Assembly: GCA_965242965.1 (NCBI GenBank)
Contig: OZ251518.1
Coordinates: forward strand, 3,808,001 to 3,872,000
Source of the DNA: Candidatus Poribacteria bacterium
GTDB lineage: Bacteria; Poribacteria; WGA-4E; WGA-3G
Direction of reading: 5' to 3'
DNA: 64,000 nt
Below the pieces are notes generated by a model, which worked only from the letters and a program-made list of their open reading frames with translations, made no database searches and was not told the origin of the DNA. Positions 1 through 9,158 of this stretch are shown one piece after another. Made by a program: the position numbers and the translations under genes. Each line of letters begins with the position of its first letter. Positions within the stretch are counted from its first letter, which is position 1.

Positions 1-312
1 AATAAACTCGGTGATGCCCAACGCTAAAATGTTAATTGCCACGCCGCACACAATCTGCTCGGCGTGGAAAGTGACGGTAGCGATGGCGTGTAGCAGTGCC
101 AACGCTATCCCGAAGCCGATGCCGACAAGCAGGCCTATCCACGTTGAGCCGGATGCTTGTGTGCCGATAACATAGCCGAACGCACCGATGAGCATCATGC
201 CTTCAAGTGCGATGTTAATCACGCCGGAACGTTCGGAGTAGATACCGCCGAGGGCAGCGAATCCGAGGGGTGTCGTCATTCGCAGTGTAGTTGGAATTAG
301 TTCTAATATCAT
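1..312 (-). CDS. Nucleoside/sugar ABC transporter permease (runs off window edge)
   Basis: Manual minus-strand translation from ATG at 312: MILELIPTTLRMTTPLGFAALGGIYSERSGVINIALEGMMLIGAF, the typical start of simple-sugar/nucleoside ABC permeases; lies downstream of a second permease. Confidence 0.85.
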   Translation of the reverse strand, partial: MILELIPTTLRMTTPLGFAALGGIYSERSGVINIALEGMMLIGAFGYVIGTQASGSTWIGLLVGIGFGIALALLHAIATVTFHAEQIVCGVAINILALGITEFI

Positions 313-318
313 CTTTTT

Positions 319-448
319 GTTGTTCGCCATGCGTTGTTTGGCTGCTGCTGTGCAGCGCAGGTTGTCATCTCAGGCCGTCTTGACGTTGTCAAGACTTGCA
401 TGCTTTTGAACCTTTTTCGTTGTTCGCCATGCGTTGTTTGGCTGCTGC
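319..448. repeat. 30-bp direct repeat pair (319-348, 419-448) enclosing a GTCTTGAC-GTT-GTCAAGAC palindrome
   Basis: GTTGTTCGCCATGCGTTGTTTGGCTGCTGC occurs twice, 100 bp apart. Confidence 0.85.
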
Positions 449-452
449 GTGC

Positions 453-1520
453 CTATCTAGATTTCCGAGAAAATCCATCGATGCAGACGAGGCAGATAAT
501 CAACAATCCCTGTCCGGCGAGAAACAGCCCGCGCGGCACATTCAGTAAAATCTCAATATCAAGTGCAACTTTGCTGAGTAACCCGAATAAGAGTGCCGCC
601 GCCAAAACACCGAACGGATGATTTCTGCCTAATAGCGCGACGGCAATGCCGGTGAAACCCCAGCCGGGTGAGAAGCTGTCTAAATACCGATAGCGATATC
701 CCATCACTTCTGTGACTCCTGCCATTCCGGCGAGCGCGCCGCTGAGAGCCATTGTCCACACGATGACGACGCGCGTGTTGATACCGCCATAAGCCGCAAC
801 GTCTGGCGCGTTTCCTACCAGACGTAGTTCATATCCCCAGCGCGTGTGCGATAGGAAGATATAGCAGAGGATAACGCACCCGCAGGCAAACAAGAAACTG
901 GCGTTGAGCGGGTTACTCTGTGTAACGAGTGTGAGCACGCCTGCCACTCGTGGAAGGCGCGCCGCTTCGTGAATCGGCGGCGTTTGCGGATTCATCTGAT
1001 TCGGTTCTTGGTAAACGGACGTGACGAGGTAGTTCATCAGCGCGAAGGCGATGAAGTTCATCATAATGGTGTTGATGACTTCGTGTGTGCCGTATTTCGC
1101 TTTCAAGAAACCTGGCACCGCGCCCCAAACCGCACCTGCGATTAACGCCGCGCCTATGCATAACGGAATTAACACGACAGAGGGTAGGTTCAGAAACATG
1201 CCTATCCACGTAGCGGCGAAGGCGGCGACATAGAGTTGTCCTTCACACCCGATGTTGAACAGCCCGCCTTTATAGCCGATAGCGACAGCGAGCCCGGTGA
1301 AAATCAGCGGTGTGGCGTTAAACAGCACGTAGCCGAAATCGTCGAAAGTCGCGAAGCCGCTGACGAAGATGACAGAATAGAACTCCAGGGGATGCTGTCC
1401 CCTTATCAGAAGCACAAGCCCACAGAGCAGGAAAAATCCGCAGAGCGCGATGAGCGAGGGGATAAAATTCCGCAGCAATTTTCGGAGAAAATGAGAAGCG
1501 TTTCGGATATTCTTCGTCAT
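453..1520 (-). CDS. Nucleoside/sugar ABC transporter permease
   Basis: Hydrophobic; motifs ATPLIFTGLAVA, GLFNIGCEGQ, HEVINTIMMNF, GFTGIAVALLGRNHP. Confidence 0.92.
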   Translation of the reverse strand: MTKNIRNASHFLRKLLRNFIPSLIALCGFFLLCGLVLLIRGQHPLEFYSVIFVSGFATFDDFGYVLFNATPLIFTGLAVAIGYKGGLFNIGCEGQLYVAAFAATWIGMFLNLPSVVLIPLCIGAALIAGAVWGAVPGFLKAKYGTHEVINTIMMNFIAFALMNYLVTSVYQEPNQMNPQTPPIHEAARLPRVAGVLTLVTQSNPLNASFLFACGCVILCYIFLSHTRWGYELRLVGNAPDVAAYGGINTRVVIVWTMALSGALAGMAGVTEVMGYRYRYLDSFSPGWGFTGIAVALLGRNHPFGVLAAALLFGLLSKVALDIEILLNVPRGLFLAGQGLLIICLVCIDGFSRKSR

Positions 1521-1604
1521 TAGTATGTATGTGTCCCAGAGTTATGGAAACTCTGTATCCGGCCATGTTTTCCTACAGCGGCAGAGACGTAATCTTGGAC
1601 ATCG

Positions 1605-1810
1605 GAGCAGGATTGAGCAGGATTTTCAAGATTTCGCAAGAGATGAGCAGGATTTTCACGATTTGAAGCAGGATTTTCACGATTATACAAGATTTCGCAA
1701 GATTATAGATTCTGATAAGTCGAATATCTCGTGGCGTGCCAAAACGGTGTGGTGTCTCAGATCCCTAATCCTGGTAAATCGTGATAATCCTGTAAATCCT
1801 GCTCGGATTT
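1605..1810. repeat. CAGGATTTT/AATCCTG short-period inverted repeat cluster
   Basis: Left arm of (C/A)AGGATTTT-like units, right arm of AATCCTG units; same family at 36530-36856 and 42644-42685. Confidence 0.8.
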
Positions 1811-1837
1811 GACAAAAAGTTTGAGAAATGTTATCAT
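1809..1837 (+). promoter_or_regulatory. Sigma70-type promoter
   Basis: TTGACA-17 bp-TATCAT with extended TG, about 45 bp upstream of the ATG at 1883. Confidence 0.7.
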
Positions 1838-1882
1838 AAAACATAAGCGTTATGAGACTAACACGAATCTATTATAGCACAA

Positions 1883-3286
1883 ATGTCGTATTTAAAACAA
1901 TCTTCAGCAGAAATACCGGCCGCCCTCGGTGGCACGCCTGTCTTTGAACGAACGGCAGACGCACCCTTTCCGAACTTAGAACGGTGGCATCAAATGACGG
2001 AGGCGGAAGCACAGGTTGTTTATGAGATGACACTGCGCAATGAATTATCGGGTGCCTCCCCTACCGTGCAGGCGTTTGAGGAGATGTGGCGCGAACGGCA
2101 TCGGACGCGCTTCGCTATCAGCGTTGTCAACGGCACAGCGGCGATTCATAGCGCGATGTTTGGACTTGGGGTTGGGCCCAGGGACGAGGTAATCTGTCCG
2201 ACTTACACGTGGATGGGCTCCATCACGCCGGCACTGATGCTGATGGCGAAACCGGTTTTTTGTGAAGTAGACCCGGGAACGTTACTCATTGATGTCGCCG
2301 ATGTTCGGCGGCGGATTACCGAACGCACAAAGGCGATTGTCGCCGTGCATCTGTGGGGTAATGTCTGCGATATGGACGCGCTGATGGCACTGAGCGAAGA
2401 GACAGGCGTGCCGGTTATTGAGGATTGTTCGCATGCGCACGGGGCGGCTTACAAAGGCAAACCGTGCGGCAGCATCGGGCACGCGGGCGCGTGGAGTTTA
2501 CAAGGCAACAAACCTGTCAGTGCAGGTGAAGGCGGCGTGTTGGCAACGAACGATAGCGCGCTCTTTGAACGCGCCTGTCTCCTCGGGCAAGTCAACCGCA
2601 CGGTGGAGATTGACGCAGAAGAGCGGCACTATGCGCATCTCCCGATGATGGGACTCGGTGTGAAGTTTCGCGCGCATCCGCTGGCTATCGGCATTGCCTC
2701 GGTGCAGATGCAGAAGTTAGATGCCCTCAATGCAGGCCGCCGCGCCTATATTGACGAACTTTCAGAAGGGTTGCGAGATATCCCGGGGCTGCATGCCGTT
2801 GAGAGATATGCGGGTACGGAGCCGGCGGGGTTCTTCGGATGTCCATTCCATTATCGTGCGGAAGAACTACACGGGCTGCCTGCCCCTGTCTTCGCCGACG
2901 CGCTCCGAAAAGAGGGCGTTTTGGCGAATAACAACCCATATCCGGCCCTGGTAGGCCAAGGCGTGCCGGTTTTTTCAGGCGGAATGTCAACACATAGCAA
3001 TCCGTACCCATTATTGCACACGCTACCCCTTTTCGCTCAGGGACTTGACATTTACACGGAGGGACGCGGCTCACTCTGCACACCTACGATGGGGGGAACG
3101 TATGAAGGGTATACCGCCGGTGCCTTGCCTATCACCGAGAAAGCGTGTTCGCGGTTGGTGTTTCTGCCGTTATTGACGGCCCCGGTGCCGCACGCGGCAG
3201 AAGGCATCCTCACCGCTATCCGAAAAATTGTCGCACACGCCGCACCGATTGCACATCACGCGCAAGAAACTGAAGTCATGAAATAA
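1883..3286 (+). CDS. DegT/DnrJ/EryC1/StrS family PLP-dependent aminotransferase
   Basis: NGTAAIHSA, AIVAVHLWG, IEDCSHAHGA, SLQGNKPVSAGEGG (PLP lysine) motifs. Confidence 0.92.
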   Translation: MSYLKQSSAEIPAALGGTPVFERTADAPFPNLERWHQMTEAEAQVVYEMTLRNELSGASPTVQAFEEMWRERHRTRFAISVVNGTAAIHSAMFGLGVGPRDEVICPTYTWMGSITPALMLMAKPVFCEVDPGTLLIDVADVRRRITERTKAIVAVHLWGNVCDMDALMALSEETGVPVIEDCSHAHGAAYKGKPCGSIGHAGAWSLQGNKPVSAGEGGVLATNDSALFERACLLGQVNRTVEIDAEERHYAHLPMMGLGVKFRAHPLAIGIASVQMQKLDALNAGRRAYIDELSEGLRDIPGLHAVERYAGTEPAGFFGCPFHYRAEELHGLPAPVFADALRKEGVLANNNPYPALVGQGVPVFSGGMSTHSNPYPLLHTLPLFAQGLDIYTEGRGSLCTPTMGGTYEGYTAGALPITEKACSRLVFLPLLTAPVPHAAEGILTAIRKIVAHAAPIAHHAQETEVMK

Positions 3287-3358
3287 TCAAAACCGCCCGT
3301 TATTCGTTTATTCGTTGAGCGAGGGATGGGCCCTCGCCGTGATTTAGCGCATCAAAAA

Positions 3359-5080
3359 ATGGCAACAGAATTTTCTGCTCGAACTCGTGCCCAGACTATA
3401 GAAACCTTAAAGACAGAGTGCTTAGACGTGCTTGTCATCGGCGGCGGTATTGTCGGCGCGGGCATCATCCGTGATTTAGCACTGAACGATGGCATCCGAG
3501 CGGGGCTCATTGAGCAAGGCGATTTTGGCAGCGGGACGAGCAGTGCCACTTCGCAGCTAGTCCACGGCGGGTTTCGGTATCTCTCCAAGGGCGACATTGC
3601 GCTGGTGAAAGCGGCTCGGCGTGAACGAGAGGTGTTGTTACGCATCGCGCCGAGTGTAGTCAGCCCGCTTCCTATCGCCATCCTCTGTTACGCCGGCGAC
3701 AGGTATCCTCTCGCCGGCATCCAGATGGCGGCGCACTACTATAACCATCTGTCGCAGACAGATAGAGCGGAGAAGGCTGAGGTTATCCGTGATGTCGTAG
3801 AAATTCAGCAGCGCCTCGGTTCAATTGAGACGACAGGATTGAAGGGTGCCGCTATCATCTGGGATAGCAAGGTGGACGATGCGCGGCTATGCCTTCTCAC
3901 GTTGCGGGATGCCTATTTGCACGGCGCATCTGTTGCCAATTATGTCCGGTTTCTCGATTTTGTCCGACAAGCCGGTGCCGAGACAGTTGTTCGCGTCGCA
4001 GATAGCATCACCGGCGACGAATTTGAGGTGCGCGCGAAGCACATTGTATCTGCGACGGGCCCTTGGACAGACGGGGTATGGGAGAAGGAACCTGGATATG
4101 ATGGCGTGCCAAAGTTGACTACGCAGCGCGCGAAAGGGATTCACATCCTCGTGCCGCGCTTGCCCGGCAATCACTACGGTATCGCGACGCTCACGCGTTC
4201 AGAGAAATCGCATCACGGAAAACCGCGTGTCATCTTTCTTTTGCCCATAGGCGCAAGCACTGATGAGACAGCGAACGGATACCAAAACCTGTTGCTCATC
4301 GGCACTACGGAGACGCATCCGGACGGAGCACCCGACGCTGTCCGGCCCACCGCTGCGGAAGTGGACTATCTACTCGCCGAAACAAGGCGAGTTTTCCCCA
4401 ACGCCGCGTTGACGCGTGCTGACGTTATTGCTGCTTATGCCGGCATCCGGCCCCTCGTATCTTCTAGGAGAAGCAGGCCGGGCAAAATAGGGCAAAATCC
4501 CCTGAACTTGATAAAATGCCGACGCAACCGCGGGAATGACTATGTCACGAGGGGACATATTATCGCTGAAAGCCCGAGCGGTGTCATGTATATTTACGGT
4601 GGGAAACTGACGACGCATCGGCAGATAGCAGAAGAAACGGTGGACAGACTGGCAGAAAAACTCGGCGTTGCGCGGCACTGCCGGACCGCAATACTGCCGC
4701 TCCTTAACGAGGCACCGGTGAGCAACGTTTGTAATCCCGCAGCGGCGCGCCTTATTCGGCGGTACGGCGACGCTGGTGCCTACACCATCCAGCAGTGGGT
4801 GGATAAGGATGCAACCCTCTCGGAATCTTTGACTGACTCGTTTCCATTCGTCAAAGCGGAGGTTCGCTATGCGTTTTGGGGGGAGATGGCGATGAATCTG
4901 GAAGATTTCCTCTGGCGGCGCACCCGCATCGGACTGACTGCTGGACAAGGCGTTGACATCGCACCCAAAATCGCCGCATTTCTGGGAGAATCCTACGAAT
5001 GGAATGCATCACGCATTGCAGCAGAAGTGGAAACCTATCGCCAACGGATTGCATGGTTGAACGCTGAATTGGGTTCGTAG
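3359..5080 (+). CDS. glpD: FAD-dependent glycerol-3-phosphate dehydrogenase/oxidase
   Basis: IGGGIVGAG, GTSSATSQLVHGGFRYL, DDARL, GGKLTTHR, DFLWRRTR motifs. Confidence 0.88.
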   Translation: MATEFSARTRAQTIETLKTECLDVLVIGGGIVGAGIIRDLALNDGIRAGLIEQGDFGSGTSSATSQLVHGGFRYLSKGDIALVKAARREREVLLRIAPSVVSPLPIAILCYAGDRYPLAGIQMAAHYYNHLSQTDRAEKAEVIRDVVEIQQRLGSIETTGLKGAAIIWDSKVDDARLCLLTLRDAYLHGASVANYVRFLDFVRQAGAETVVRVADSITGDEFEVRAKHIVSATGPWTDGVWEKEPGYDGVPKLTTQRAKGIHILVPRLPGNHYGIATLTRSEKSHHGKPRVIFLLPIGASTDETANGYQNLLLIGTTETHPDGAPDAVRPTAAEVDYLLAETRRVFPNAALTRADVIAAYAGIRPLVSSRRSRPGKIGQNPLNLIKCRRNRGNDYVTRGHIIAESPSGVMYIYGGKLTTHRQIAEETVDRLAEKLGVARHCRTAILPLLNEAPVSNVCNPAAARLIRRYGDAGAYTIQQWVDKDATLSESLTDSFPFVKAEVRYAFWGEMAMNLEDFLWRRTRIGLTAGQGVDIAPKIAAFLGESYEWNASRIAAEVETYRQRIAWLNAELGS

Positions 5081-5091
5081 AAACTGTTCGC

Positions 5092-5232
5092 TAAAATAGG
5101 CACAGAAACGTAGTCATCGACAACGTCAATGATGGATGACGCAGATAGATGTCATCGCCTCGTTAAAATAGGCACAGAAATGTAGTCATTGACAACGTCA
5201 ATGACGGATAACGCAGATAGATGTCATCGCCC
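5092..5232. repeat. Tandem 72-bp duplication containing a GTAG-headed hairpin
   Basis: TAAAATAGGCACAGAAA(C/T)GTAGTCAT(C/T)GACAACGTCAATGA... at 5092 and 5164; partial copy at about 33622. Confidence 0.85.
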
Positions 5233-5270
5233 CAAGAACGCCAATCGAACGCATTGCGAAAGACAGAAAA

Positions 5271-6263
5271 ATGGAAGTTTATCGCTGGGAAGATAGAAAA
5301 TTTGGGAAACTTGAACCGCTGCGTTTCGGCGCAGAACGGGACTTCGAGGATTTGCTAGAACAAGACCCGAGGCTAGTCCTCGGCGAACCGCTTTGCGTCA
5401 TCAGCAGGCAGCCACCCCTCAGCACGTCAAAACAGAAAATCGATCTACTCGCGTTAGACAGACAGGGGAACTGTGTGATTATTGAACTCAAGCGCGGCCG
5501 CCCCTCGCGCACCGCCATCGCGCAAATTTTGGAATACGCAGCGGGCGTGGCACAACTTGTCTACATTGAACTTGAACAACTGACTTACCGATGGTTTCAA
5601 CAGCAAGGGAAAGAATTCACATCGCTGGCGGCGTTGCATAGCGAATTCTTTGAGTATGCCATCGGCGATATCCCCAACTCGGCGTTCAATCAGAAACAAC
5701 GCCTCGTCCTCGTCTCCGAAGGTGTGGATGCACGCGTGCTGGAAGTTGCCGAATACCTGCGGAGTTTAAACATTGACATCACCTATATCTCCTATTTTTC
5801 CTACCACGCGCCCGATGAAATTTTAGTCGCCACGGAAACCGTCCTCGGCGGAAATGTCCTCAAAGAGGAGGAACGGGCGTATCCGGAGACAGCGCAGCAG
5901 TTTATGACGCAGGAATTGTTCATGGAGACGCTAGCGTCAAACAAGGAATTGCTCAACGTTGCCTCCGAATTCTTCGGGTATGCGACTGCGTGCGGCGCAA
6001 CGGTGCGCCCGCGCATCGCGAAACTCCGCATGACTATCGGCGGAGGCTGGTGGTTAGATACTTACCCCTCAAAACGCGCAACGCACTTTCGAGTTGATGT
6101 CCACGGCGATTTTACACCGCTGCACATTGTAGAGTGCCGCGCGAATTTACCCAATGTAACCGTGAAGAATTTCGGCATCTCTTTTAACATCGCCACCCCT
6201 GAGCAGCTTGAATATGCGGTTGAAGTTTTTGAGCGCATCCGGAATACGATATTGGGCAATTAA
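5271..6263 (+). CDS. NucS/DUF91-like PD-(D/E)XK endonuclease domain protein
   Basis: ERDFEDLL...KIDLLALD...VIIELKR...AIAQILEY catalytic pattern; C-terminal domain unassigned. Confidence 0.8.
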   Translation: MEVYRWEDRKFGKLEPLRFGAERDFEDLLEQDPRLVLGEPLCVISRQPPLSTSKQKIDLLALDRQGNCVIIELKRGRPSRTAIAQILEYAAGVAQLVYIELEQLTYRWFQQQGKEFTSLAALHSEFFEYAIGDIPNSAFNQKQRLVLVSEGVDARVLEVAEYLRSLNIDITYISYFSYHAPDEILVATETVLGGNVLKEEERAYPETAQQFMTQELFMETLASNKELLNVASEFFGYATACGATVRPRIAKLRMTIGGGWWLDTYPSKRATHFRVDVHGDFTPLHIVECRANLPNVTVKNFGISFNIATPEQLEYAVEVFERIRNTILGN

Positions 6264-6376
6264 CCAAAACGTCGTTTTTTGTCAGCGAGGGACAGGCCCT
6301 CGTCCTACAGTGACTATGTAGGTTGAGAGCCTGTCCCTCAACACGCCACTTCTCGCACTACGGTGAGAAAAAACTC

Positions 6377-7381
6377 ATGACTTGGATTGACTTTGGCTCA
6401 CCTGAATTCCTCTATTGGCTGTGGAGTGTGCTACCCATCGTCCTCTTGATATGCCTTGGCATCAGGCAGCGGCGGCAGGCGAGCGAACTCTTCCATAGCA
6501 TTCCCAATCCAACCTATGCACGGCGACACAAAATCCAAGCCGCATTGCTGATGGTAAGTTACCTCCTCGTGACATTCGCCATTGCGCGGCCGCAGTTTGG
6601 CGAAAAACAGGAACCGGTGCAACAGCGAGTCGTAGATGTCATGCTCGCGCTGGATATTTCAACGAGTATGCTGGCCGAAGATGGACAAAAAGCAGTTCGG
6701 CTGCGCCGCGCAAAACACGCCATTTTCGCGCTGGTCGAACGGATGCAGGGAAACCGCATCGGACTGCTGCTATTTGCCGAGGCGAGTTTTGTCGTCTGTC
6801 CCTTGACAACGGATGCATCCACACTCAAAGAATTCGTTGCGGCGGTGGAGCCAGTGACGCTTGTTCACAGCGGAACGCAGATTGGGAGTGCAATTGAAAC
6901 CGCAGTTGCTCGGCTGAACCGCGAACGAGACAGGGCGCATAAGGCACTCATCTTGTGGACAGATGGCGAAGACCACGGGGACACAGCAGTTGATGCAGCA
7001 AAAGCGGCAGCGAGTGCCGGTGTGCATGTCTACTGCATCGGCGTTGGAAATCCGGGGCAACCTGCGCCTATTCCGCTGGCAGATGGCGCGGGATATAAGC
7101 GGAATGTCAACGGGCAACTCGTGCTAACCGAACTTGACGAAGAAACGCTACGCGAGGTTGCCGAACAGGGACGCGGACGTTATTATCATGAGACAGAAAT
7201 CTCTCAGCAAAGTGAGCGGCTTGCGGGAGATTTAGCACGGTTGGCGACGCGGCAATTCAAGATGGGGACTCCTGATGGCGGAGGACATGCGGAACGGTTT
7301 CAGTTGTTTGTCGGCATCGCGCTTCTCTTATTGATTGCGGAAATGTTCGTGTCTTTCCAAAAAAGCCCTATCTCACCGTAG
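6377..7381 (+). CDS. VWA domain protein, BatB-like
   Basis: N-terminal TM with ARPQFG, MIDAS DISTSM, TDGED, C-terminal ERFQLF + TM. Confidence 0.9.
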   Translation: MTWIDFGSPEFLYWLWSVLPIVLLICLGIRQRRQASELFHSIPNPTYARRHKIQAALLMVSYLLVTFAIARPQFGEKQEPVQQRVVDVMLALDISTSMLAEDGQKAVRLRRAKHAIFALVERMQGNRIGLLLFAEASFVVCPLTTDASTLKEFVAAVEPVTLVHSGTQIGSAIETAVARLNRERDRAHKALILWTDGEDHGDTAVDAAKAAASAGVHVYCIGVGNPGQPAPIPLADGAGYKRNVNGQLVLTELDEETLREVAEQGRGRYYHETEISQQSERLAGDLARLATRQFKMGTPDGGGHAERFQLFVGIALLLLIAEMFVSFQKSPISP

Positions 7382-7391
7382 CCTATCTCTC

Positions 7392-7647
7392 CGTAGGTTG
7401 AGGGCCTGTCGTTCAACAGGCCGCTCTATCTCGTCGTAGGTTGAGGGCCTGTCCCTCAACAGGCCGCGAATTTGAAATCAGCCGTTTTTCGTATTCTTCC
7501 CAAAACCCCTATTTCCCCGTAGGTTGAGGGCCTGTCCCTCAACAGGCTCCAGATTTGAAAGGAACCGTTTTCACCGGCTCGCGCGGCCGTTTTTCGTTCC
7601 GTCAAAAACCCCTATTTCCCCGTAGGTTGAGGGCCTGTCCCTCAACA
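7392..7647. repeat. Cluster of REP-like GTAGGTTGAGGGCCTGTCCCTCAAC hairpins
   Basis: Four copies at about 7393, 7436, 7518, 7622; GTAG head plus stem GTTGAGGG/CCCTCAAC; another at about 6318. Confidence 0.88.
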
Positions 7648-7851
7648 TGCCGCAAAATCGCAGGGATTCTTAGATGAGAGTGTTACATAACTCAATGCTT
7701 TCCCGGTAGGATAGACCTCCTGGTCTCGATTTCTTTGGGTAGGAGAGACCTCCCGGTCTCGATGCATGTCAGACTCGTTCGGGTGCAGGCGCACCCGAAC
7801 TATAGGGCTAGCGTGCGCGCCGCTTATAGTTCAGGAGCACCTGCTCCTGAA

Positions 7852-8118
7852 TTAGTAGTGCTCAGGTCCTTGCAAATGACAGCGGGAGGAGGAAATCGAG
7901 ACCGGGAGGTCTCTCCTGCATTCTATCAGCCGGTCCGAACGATAGATGAGCTCATCAAAAGAGATGCGACCTGCCTCGTAGTCCGCAGCGTCTTTCTCCC
8001 AATGCGAAATGATTTGACCGGCAGGCGGACACGGCGAATGAAACAGGCTATATGCAACACCCACAAGGCACGCAACGATGAAGAGGATACGGAGAAGACG
8101 TTTCATGTTGGGTCTCAA
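7852..8118 (-). CDS. Small hypothetical membrane/secreted protein; C-terminus runs into a REP
   Basis: MKRLLRILFIVACLVGVAYSL hydrophobic N-terminus; follows the 8126-8647 gene closely. Confidence 0.5.
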   Translation of the reverse strand: MRPNMKRLLRILFIVACLVGVAYSLFHSPCPPAGQIISHWEKDAADYEAGRISFDELIYRSDRLIECRRDLPVSISSSRCHLQGPEHY

Positions 8119-8125
8119 GACCGCG

Positions 8126-8647
8126 TTATTCTTTCATGCGTTTCAAGAAATCTTGAAAGGCTCTGTCTTCGATGCGTTCCTGCCGAAGTTCATCTCGCTT
8201 TTCTTTTGGCCTACGAAAGAAGGCTTCGATCTGTGCCTGCACCACTTCCTCGTCGGTGAGATGTTCGGGTTGCTCGACCGCCCTGTTATAGAGTTCCCGG
8301 GCAGAGATGTGCTTGAGTGGACGTGGTGCACCCTCCGGTGGATAGTCTACGTCCAACGAGTTCCAGAGGGTTCTCCGTTTCCGTCTCGGTTGCGCGTCGC
8401 GGTTGTCATCTGTCACCGTCCTCTCGATGGCGACAGCACCCGTGACAGTCTGCGTCGGTTCCGGTTCCGGGTGCGGTTCGGCATGCCACTCGTCACCATG
8501 CCAATGCCCACCCGGCTCAACCCTCTCCGCCTCTATCCGCTCAATCTCCCTCTCCATCGCCTTCCGCTGCTGCACCTGGCGATACCAGAGGGTGCCACTC
8601 ACAATAATAGCCACTAGCAAGATCCCGATTGTGATGTTTTTTGACAT
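8126..8647 (-). CDS. Hypothetical N-terminally anchored protein with GGHWHGDEWHAEPH motif
   Basis: AGGAG RBS upstream, N-terminal TM, short coiled coil, His/Trp motif. Confidence 0.75.
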   Translation of the reverse strand: MSKNITIGILLVAIIVSGTLWYRQVQQRKAMEREIERIEAERVEPGGHWHGDEWHAEPHPEPEPTQTVTGAVAIERTVTDDNRDAQPRRKRRTLWNSLDVDYPPEGAPRPLKHISARELYNRAVEQPEHLTDEEVVQAQIEAFFRRPKEKRDELRQERIEDRAFQDFLKRMKE

Positions 8648-9158
8648 TGTTTTGTCTCCTAATTAGATCGCGAGGGACAGGCCCTCGCGCTACGGTAACG
8701 GGTGACGCTCGCGGGGGAACCCCGCTCGGATGCGCGTGTGGCATCCGAGGGCCCCCGCCCTACGATGAAAAAACGATTCTTAGGTCCGTAGGACCTTAAT
8801 GTCTATAGCCCGCGCGCCCGCGAAGAACGCTAAGGTCCTTTAGGTCCTTAATGTGTTTTGCCATGTCTGCGCGTGTTTTTTATTAAGGACCTAAAGGACC
8901 TTGAAAACAGGACGACACGTGCTGCTATAGACATGTAGGACCTAAAGGACCTAAAACGCCATCTCTTGACGATGGCCAACGCGGGGGACAGGCCCCCGCG
9001 CTACGATAAAAAACGGTTCTTGAGCCATCGCGGGGGAAACCCTCTCGGATGCGCGTATGGCATCCGAGGGCCCCCGCGCTACGGGAACATCGAGACCAGG
9101 AGGTCTCGCCTACCGGGAAGACGTTGAGTTATGAAACACCCTCAAATAATAGGCAGTA

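Larger units (their letters stand above)
7676..9143. mobile_element. Putative non-autonomous element bounded by 55-bp terminal inverted repeats, enclosing two ORFs and REP hairpins
   Basis: 7676-7730 versus reverse complement of 9089-9143 match at 48/55 positions by manual alignment; no transposase inside. Confidence 0.6.

Noticed and set aside
1525-1812. 95-aa ORF with QDF repeats
   Set aside because: It is the translation of the CAGGATTTT repeat; no RBS or protein-like features
7392-7647. Possible mini CRISPR of 25-bp repeats
   Set aside because: Spacers vary from about 20 to 80 bp and resemble each other; the repeat is a GTAG REP also found elsewhere
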